From NCBI GenBank assembly GCA_963732385.1, contig CAVSZB010000005.1, positions 224,001-288,000 on the forward strand: 64,000 nucleotides of DNA. Direction: 5' to 3'. Below, one piece after another: positions 58,935 to 64,000 of this stretch; the first letter of the stretch is position 1, and every line of letters begins with the position of its first letter. A program made the position numbers and the translations under genes. This DNA comes from an uncultured bacterium. GTDB lineage: Bacteria > Krumholzibacteriota > Krumholzibacteriia > LZORAL124-64-63. The notes under the pieces were generated by a model. It saw only the letters and a program-made list of their open reading frames with translations. It searched no databases and was not told the DNA's origin.

Positions 58935-59453
58935 ATGAAGAAGCGGTCAGGCTTCACGATGCTCGGTCTGGTGGCCCTCTACGCAGGACTTCTGGCTCTT
59001 TTGGCGGCCGCCCCCGCGGACATAAAGACGAACGCGCCCACGCCGGTGACCCCGGGCATGTCGGCGACCAGGCCGGCCGACGGCGAGATTTCGGCGCCCG
59101 ACCGCGTGGTGGTCTACTACTTCCACACCACGCAGCGCTGCCCCACCTGCCGGCGGATCGAGGCGTGGTCCGACCTGGCGCTGCGCACGGCGTTCGCGGC
59201 GGAGCTGGCCGACAGCGCGCTGGTGTTCCTGCCGGTGAACACCGACGAGAAGGGCAACGAGCACTTCGTGAAGGACTACGAGCTCTACACCAAGTCGCTG
59301 ATCGTGATCGACCTGAAGGACGGCGTCCGCCGGGACTGGGAGAATCTCCAGAAGGTCTGGGAGTACTCGGGCAGCCAGGAGAAGTTTTTCGCGTACGTCC
59401 AGGACGAGGTGCGCGGCCACCTGACCGGCAAGCGGGTCAGCGAGCGTGGCTAG
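58935..59453 (+). CDS. ArsF-like periplasmic thioredoxin-fold protein
   Basis: Signal peptide and VVVYYFH...RCPTC..IE. Confidence 0.75.
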   Translation: MKKRSGFTMLGLVALYAGLLALLAAAPADIKTNAPTPVTPGMSATRPADGEISAPDRVVVYYFHTTQRCPTCRRIEAWSDLALRTAFAAELADSALVFLPVNTDEKGNEHFVKDYELYTKSLIVIDLKDGVRRDWENLQKVWEYSGSQEKFFAYVQDEVRGHLTGKRVSERG

Positions 59454-60138
59454 CGAATTCTGGGGCGTGCCTGCCGCGCTCTGGCTCGGCATCCTGACCT
59501 CGATCAGTCCGTGCCCGCTGGCGGCGAACATCGCGGCGGTGAGCTTCATCGGGCGGCGGCTGGACAGCCCGCCGCGCGTTTTGCTGGCCGGCGCGCTCTA
59601 CACGCTCGGCCGGGTCGTCGCCTACGCCGCGCTCGGCATGCTGATCGTGGCGAGCGCCCTGTCAATCCCGGCGGTGGCGCGCGCGTTGCAGAGCAGCATG
59701 AACAAGGCGCTCGGGCCGCTCCTGATCGTGACCGGCGTGCTGCTGCTCGAATGGATCCGCCCCGTGTTCGGCGGCGGCGCCGGCGTTTCAGACGCCATCC
59801 GGAAGCGGGCCGAGCGCGGCGGGCTATGGGGCGCGGGGCTGCTCGGCTTCGTCTGCGCGCTGACCTTCTGCCCCGTGTCGGCCGCGCTCTTCTTCGGCAG
59901 CCTCATCCCGCTCGCGGTGCGGCACGGATCCAGCTTCGGCCTGCCCGCCGCCTACGGCGTCGGCACCGGGCTGCCGGTCATCGGCTTCGCCATCCTGATC
60001 GCGCTGGGGGCCCGCTGGGTCGGCCGCGCCTTCGACCGGCTGACCGCCCTGGAGCGCTGGGCGCGGCGCGCCACCGGCGTGGTGTTCATCGGGGTCGGCG
60101 TCTATCTTACGCTGGTGCACGTGTTCGGAGTGCTGTAG
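59446..60138 (+). CDS. ArsG/CcdA-like membrane protein
   Basis: SISPCPLA.NI and FCPVSA.LFFG.LIP. Confidence 0.8.
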   Translation: MASEFWGVPAALWLGILTSISPCPLAANIAAVSFIGRRLDSPPRVLLAGALYTLGRVVAYAALGMLIVASALSIPAVARALQSSMNKALGPLLIVTGVLLLEWIRPVFGGGAGVSDAIRKRAERGGLWGAGLLGFVCALTFCPVSAALFFGSLIPLAVRHGSSFGLPAAYGVGTGLPVIGFAILIALGARWVGRAFDRLTALERWARRATGVVFIGVGVYLTLVHVFGVL

Positions 60139-60156
60139 CGGACGCGGAGGGCCCGG

Positions 60157-60612
60157 TTGCTGGACATCTACATCGACGCCGACGCCTGCCCCGTGAAGGA
60201 CGAGGTCTACCGGGTGGCCGTCCGTTACGGGCTGAAGGTAATCCTGGTGGCGAATTCCCGGATGCGGACCCCGAACGCGGCCTGGCTCGAGTTCGTGCTG
60301 GTCGACAGCCGGGAGCCGGACGCGGTGGACGACTGGATCGCCGAGCACATCGGCGCGGACGACATCCTCATTTCCGGCGACATCCCGCTCGCTTCGCGCT
60401 GCCTGGAGAAGGGGGCCCGCGCGATCGGCCTTACCGGCCGCCCCTTCGACCGGGACAACATCGGCGACTCGCTCGCGACCCGACAACTCCTCTCCCAGCT
60501 GCGCGATCAGGGGATCATGATGGGCGGCCCCGCCCCGTTCGCGAAACGCGACCGCTCCCGCTTCCTCCAGGCCCTCGACGAAGCGGTCCAGGCCATCCGC
60601 CGGGGGAAGTAG
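60157..60612 (+). CDS. YaiI/YqxD family protein
   Basis: IDADACPVK, DAVDDWI, DIPLA and GGPAPF. Confidence 0.9.
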   Translation: MLDIYIDADACPVKDEVYRVAVRYGLKVILVANSRMRTPNAAWLEFVLVDSREPDAVDDWIAEHIGADDILISGDIPLASRCLEKGARAIGLTGRPFDRDNIGDSLATRQLLSQLRDQGIMMGGPAPFAKRDRSRFLQALDEAVQAIRRGK

Positions 60613-60642
60613 CCCGGGCGCGCCGAGCGGCCCGACCGCCCG

Positions 60643-61539
60643 TCAGTCGCGCTTCAGCGACCGGTACACCATCTCCGTGAACGCCTCCGGCGGGAACATG
60701 CGTTTCCCCCACACCTCGTCGAGCCGGGCCGTGGGCTTCTCCGCGATGATCGTGGCGAGGTCCTTGCCCGCCGCGATCTCGCGGGCGACGATGTCGCGAA
60801 ACTCCTGCAGCATGGCGCGGTGCGCGGCGAGGTCGGCCTTCGTGCCGACGGGGCCGTGGCCCGGCACGATTTGCGTCGAATCGCCGGCGGCGGCGAGGAT
60901 GACATCGATCGCGGCGATCAGGCCGTCGATGTCGCCGCCACTCGAGACGTCCACGAACGGATAGCCGCCGTGGAACCAGAGGTCGCCGGTGTGGATGACG
61001 TCGGCGCGGCGGAAACGCAGGACCGCGTCGCCGTCGGTATGCGTGCGACGCGGGTGCCGGATCTCGACCGTTTCGCCGTTGAGATGCAGCGTCAGCGAGT
61101 CCGGGAACGTGAGCCGGGGTAACGCGCCGGCCGGCGCCGGCGCGATTGTTTCGTCGATGACCGCGATGGTCTGCCCCTTTTCCATCCGCGCGCGCAGATT
61201 CGGGTGCGCGAGGATCAGGGCGCCGTCTCGCGCGAGCGCTGCGTTGCCGCCCGTGTGGTCGAAATGCCAGTGGGTGTTCACGACGAATTTTACCGGCCCG
61301 GCGCCGAGCGCGGCGACCGCCACCTTCAACTTGCCCGCCATCTGCTCGTAATCGGCGTCCACGAGCAGGACGCCGTCCGGCCCGTGGCACGCCACCACGT
61401 TGCCGCCCGGGCCGCGCAGCCAGGTCAGCCCCTCGGCCAGCGGCCGCGCGGAAAATTCGTACTTCTCCCACTCCTGGGCCACGGCCGGCGCGGCCAGCAA
61501 GGCCAGTCCGAACATGACGATCGCGAACGAGCGTCGCAT
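60643..61539 (-). CDS. secreted MBL-fold hydrolase (cyclase-like)
   Basis: GGN, NTHWHFDH, HTDGD, HTGD and PGHG. Confidence 0.88.
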   Translation of the reverse strand: MRRSFAIVMFGLALLAAPAVAQEWEKYEFSARPLAEGLTWLRGPGGNVVACHGPDGVLLVDADYEQMAGKLKVAVAALGAGPVKFVVNTHWHFDHTGGNAALARDGALILAHPNLRARMEKGQTIAVIDETIAPAPAGALPRLTFPDSLTLHLNGETVEIRHPRRTHTDGDAVLRFRRADVIHTGDLWFHGGYPFVDVSSGGDIDGLIAAIDVILAAAGDSTQIVPGHGPVGTKADLAAHRAMLQEFRDIVAREIAAGKDLATIIAEKPTARLDEVWGKRMFPPEAFTEMVYRSLKRD

Positions 61540-61638
61540 CGGAAACACCCCCCTGTTTTGTCGTCCCAATGAACCTCGCACGGACGCCCCGACCGCGATG
61601 CGATCGGGGCGTCCGTCGAACCGCACGACCCGACCAAC

Positions 61639-62535
61639 TCAGCCGGTCATGATGATGACCCGCTTGATGGCTCGGAAAGCCCGCGGATCGAGGATGTTCA
61701 GTTCCACCTTCCCGTCGACCTTCTGCAACTCGTAGCTTGCCGGAGGCTGGGCGCTCAGGACCCGGGCCTTCTCGGCCGGGATGACGATCAGGGTCTCCAG
61801 ATCGGTGTCCAGGGACAGGAATCTGGTCTCGTCGATCAGGCCGGTCGGCTTGAGGGTCTTGCCCAGACCCAGGAAGCCGCCCGTGGCAGCCACGACACCG
61901 TCGGTGGTCAGCTCTTTCTTCGACCCGATCGTGTAGTAGACCGTGGCCAGTTCGCGGCGCTTGGTTTCGATCGCCTGGTTCTGAGCCTCGATCGTCGCCA
62001 CGTGGGCCTGGATCGTCTCCTGGCCCTGCTGGACCTCGGCCGTCAGCCCGGTGACCTGTGTCTGGAGCTCACCCACCCGCTGCGTGAGCTGGGCGATGAT
62101 CGCCTCCTTCTCGGCCACCGTCGTCCGGAGGGTCCGGATCATCTTCTCGAGGCCGGCCACCTGGATGCCGCTCTTCCGGAGCTGAGCCTCGAGCTCCACG
62201 ATCCGGTCCTTGGCCCGCTGCACGCCCGCCTTGATCACGGCGATGCGCGCCACTGCTTCGTCGCCGCGATCCCGCGACAGGCTCTTTTCGGCCTCGAGCT
62301 GGGTGGCGAGCGCCTGTGCGCCGTCTTCGCCGAGCATGATGGCGTTGAGGCTGTCCTGGATGGCGGCAATCTCGTTGACGGCCTCTCCATAACGGTCGCG
62401 CGCCGCCTGCTCGTCTGCCTGCAGCGTGGCGTAGTCATTCGATTTCTGCTGGAGTTTCTGATAGAGCACTCCGGCAAGGCCCAGAAGCAGGAGAACGGCG
62501 ACGGCCAGGGACACGAACAGCACCGGTTTGCGCAT
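61639..62535 (-). CDS. membrane-anchored coiled-coil protein
   Basis: N-terminal transmembrane helix, a long heptad region and a C-terminal YY.IG.KKEL...GV...GGFLG.G domain. Confidence 0.75.
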   Translation of the reverse strand: MRKPVLFVSLAVAVLLLLGLAGVLYQKLQQKSNDYATLQADEQAARDRYGEAVNEIAAIQDSLNAIMLGEDGAQALATQLEAEKSLSRDRGDEAVARIAVIKAGVQRAKDRIVELEAQLRKSGIQVAGLEKMIRTLRTTVAEKEAIIAQLTQRVGELQTQVTGLTAEVQQGQETIQAHVATIEAQNQAIETKRRELATVYYTIGSKKELTTDGVVAATGGFLGLGKTLKPTGLIDETRFLSLDTDLETLIVIPAEKARVLSAQPPASYELQKVDGKVELNILDPRAFRAIKRVIIMTG

Positions 62536-62615
62536 GGCGGCATCTCCTTCGTTGCGATCCAGCAGTCAATCAAGCGGATGCGCGGCGCCCCTGCCGGCGC
62601 CGGACCGCGGTCGAA

Positions 62616-64000
62616 CTACATCAGTCCCCGGGCCCGCAGCAGCGGCTCCACCGCCGGCTCCCGTCCGCGGAAACTCACGAACATCTCCATCGGGTCAGCC
62701 ACACCGTCCCGCTCCAGGATGTTCTTGCGGAAAGAAGCGGCCGTCGCCTGGTCGAAGATGCCGTTGGCGCTGAAGACATCGAAGGCGTCGTTGTCGAGCA
62801 CCGCCGCCCAGATGTAGCTGTAGTAGCCCGCGTCGTAGCTGCCCGTGATGTGCCCGAAGTAGGTGCTGCGGTACCGCGAAACGATTTCGGGGATGAGGCC
62901 GTAGCGGGCGAACAGCTTCTGCTCGAATGCCGGCACATCGACCTTCTCGCCGGCGGGCAGGCTGTGGTAGGCCAGATCCAGCAGGGAGGCCGCGAGGTAC
63001 TCCGTGGTGGCGAATCCCTGGTTGAACAGGGTGGCGTTCCTGATGCGGTCGATCAGATTCTGCGGGATCGCCTCGCCCGTCCGGTAGTGCCTGGCGTACA
63101 GCTTCAGGACCTCGGGGTGGAAGGCCCAGTGCTCCATGATCTGGCTTGGCAGCTCCACGAAATCCATGGCCACATAGGAGGTGGCATAGGGAACCCTGGA
63201 GAGCAGGCTCTCCAGGGCGTGGCCGAATTCGTGGAACAGGGTCTCGGTGTCGTCCATGCTCAGCAGGGCCGGTGTGTCCTCCGTGGGCCGCGTAAGATTG
63301 CAGACCACCGAGGTGACCGGCGTGATTTCCCTGCCGTCGCGGAAGTGGTGCCCGCGGTATTCGAGACACCACGCGCCCCCCTCCTTGCTTTCGCGCGGGA
63401 AGAAATCGAGGTACAGGACGCCCAGATGCGCGCCGTCGGCCTCCTCCACTGCGAAGGCCTGGGCATCGGGATGCGGTCGGGGCAGGTCGGGCAGCGGCGT
63501 AAAGGTCAGGCCGTACATCCGGTTCGCCACGGTGAACAGACCCTCGCGCACCTGCTCAACCTGGAAGTAGGGCCGGATCTCGTTCTCGTCGAGGTCGTAC
63601 TTCGCCTTGTGGAGCTTCTCCGCGTAGTACATCCAGTCCCAGGAGGCCAGATTGAACCCTCCCCCTTCCTGGTCGATGATTGCCTGCAGTTCGGAGGCTT
63701 CTGTTTTGGCGACCTTGAGGGACTTCTCCCACAGCGAGTTCAGCAGCGCGAAGGCTCGCTCGGGCGTCCGCGCCATCTTGGTTTCGAGCCGGTAGGCGGC
63801 ATAGTTCGGGAAACCGAGCAGCTGTCCCTTGTCCGCGCGCAATTCCACCATGCGCGCCAGGACCGCGTTGTTGTCCTGCGGGTTGCCGTTGTTGCCCCGA
63901 TTGGTGTAGGCGGCGTAGAGCCGCCGGCGAAGCTCGCGGTTGCGGGCGTACTGGAGGAACGGGATCATGCTGGGCTTGTGGGTGGTGAACAACCACTTGC
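62616..64000 (-). CDS. dcp: second M3 family Dcp-like peptidase (5' truncated)
   Basis: HEFGH, DFVELPSQIMEHW and YDAGYYSYIWA.VLD. Confidence 0.88.
   Translation of the reverse strand, partial: KWLFTTHKPSMIPFLQYARNRELRRRLYAAYTNRGNNGNPQDNNAVLARMVELRADKGQLLGFPNYAAYRLETKMARTPERAFALLNSLWEKSLKVAKTEASELQAIIDQEGGGFNLASWDWMYYAEKLHKAKYDLDENEIRPYFQVEQVREGLFTVANRMYGLTFTPLPDLPRPHPDAQAFAVEEADGAHLGVLYLDFFPRESKEGGAWCLEYRGHHFRDGREITPVTSVVCNLTRPTEDTPALLSMDDTETLFHEFGHALESLLSRVPYATSYVAMDFVELPSQIMEHWAFHPEVLKLYARHYRTGEAIPQNLIDRIRNATLFNQGFATTEYLAASLLDLAYHSLPAGEKVDVPAFEQKLFARYGLIPEIVSRYRSTYFGHITGSYDAGYYSYIWAAVLDNDAFDVFSANGIFDQATAASFRKNILERDGVADPMEMFVSFRGREPAVEPLLRARGLM

Noticed and set aside
62616..62810. Repeat with 14890-15070
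   Set aside because: The similarity is explained by conserved C-termini of two M3 peptidase paralogs, not by a mobile repeat.

Overview
High-GC, gene-dense bacterial chromosomal window with about 50 CDSs. I saw no rRNA, tRNA, CRISPR array, transposase or integrase. Secreted proteins carry FlgD-Ig/T9SS-like C-terminal domains or a terminal WGxxKxx(Y/F)R motif, which suggests an FCB-group anaerobe such as Krumholzibacteriota, Latescibacterota or Eisenbacteria (inference). The gene content fits peptide and amino-acid fermentation: two M3 peptidases, an M29 aminopeptidase, a HypD-like glycyl radical enzyme with its activase, a CitD-CitE fusion plus CitF lyase, a thrC/metZ-like/apgM cluster, metF and an ars cluster. 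The main find is at 7.1-14.6 kb. A tungstopterin aldehyde oxidoreductase (AOR/WOR) gene is split at its domain-1/domain-2 linker by a HydCBA/NuoEFG-like (Bfu) electron-bifurcation module. This yields three translationally coupled genes (AOR_N-HydC, HydB, HydA(FeS)-AOR_C) followed by a probable cofactor-maturation cassette. Other notable items are duplicated HU genes bracketing this region, a ~60-bp promoter-like element repeated in inverted orientation, an apparently circularly permuted ILEI domain, and two interrupted genes. All family calls come from motif recognition by eye; no database searches were run.
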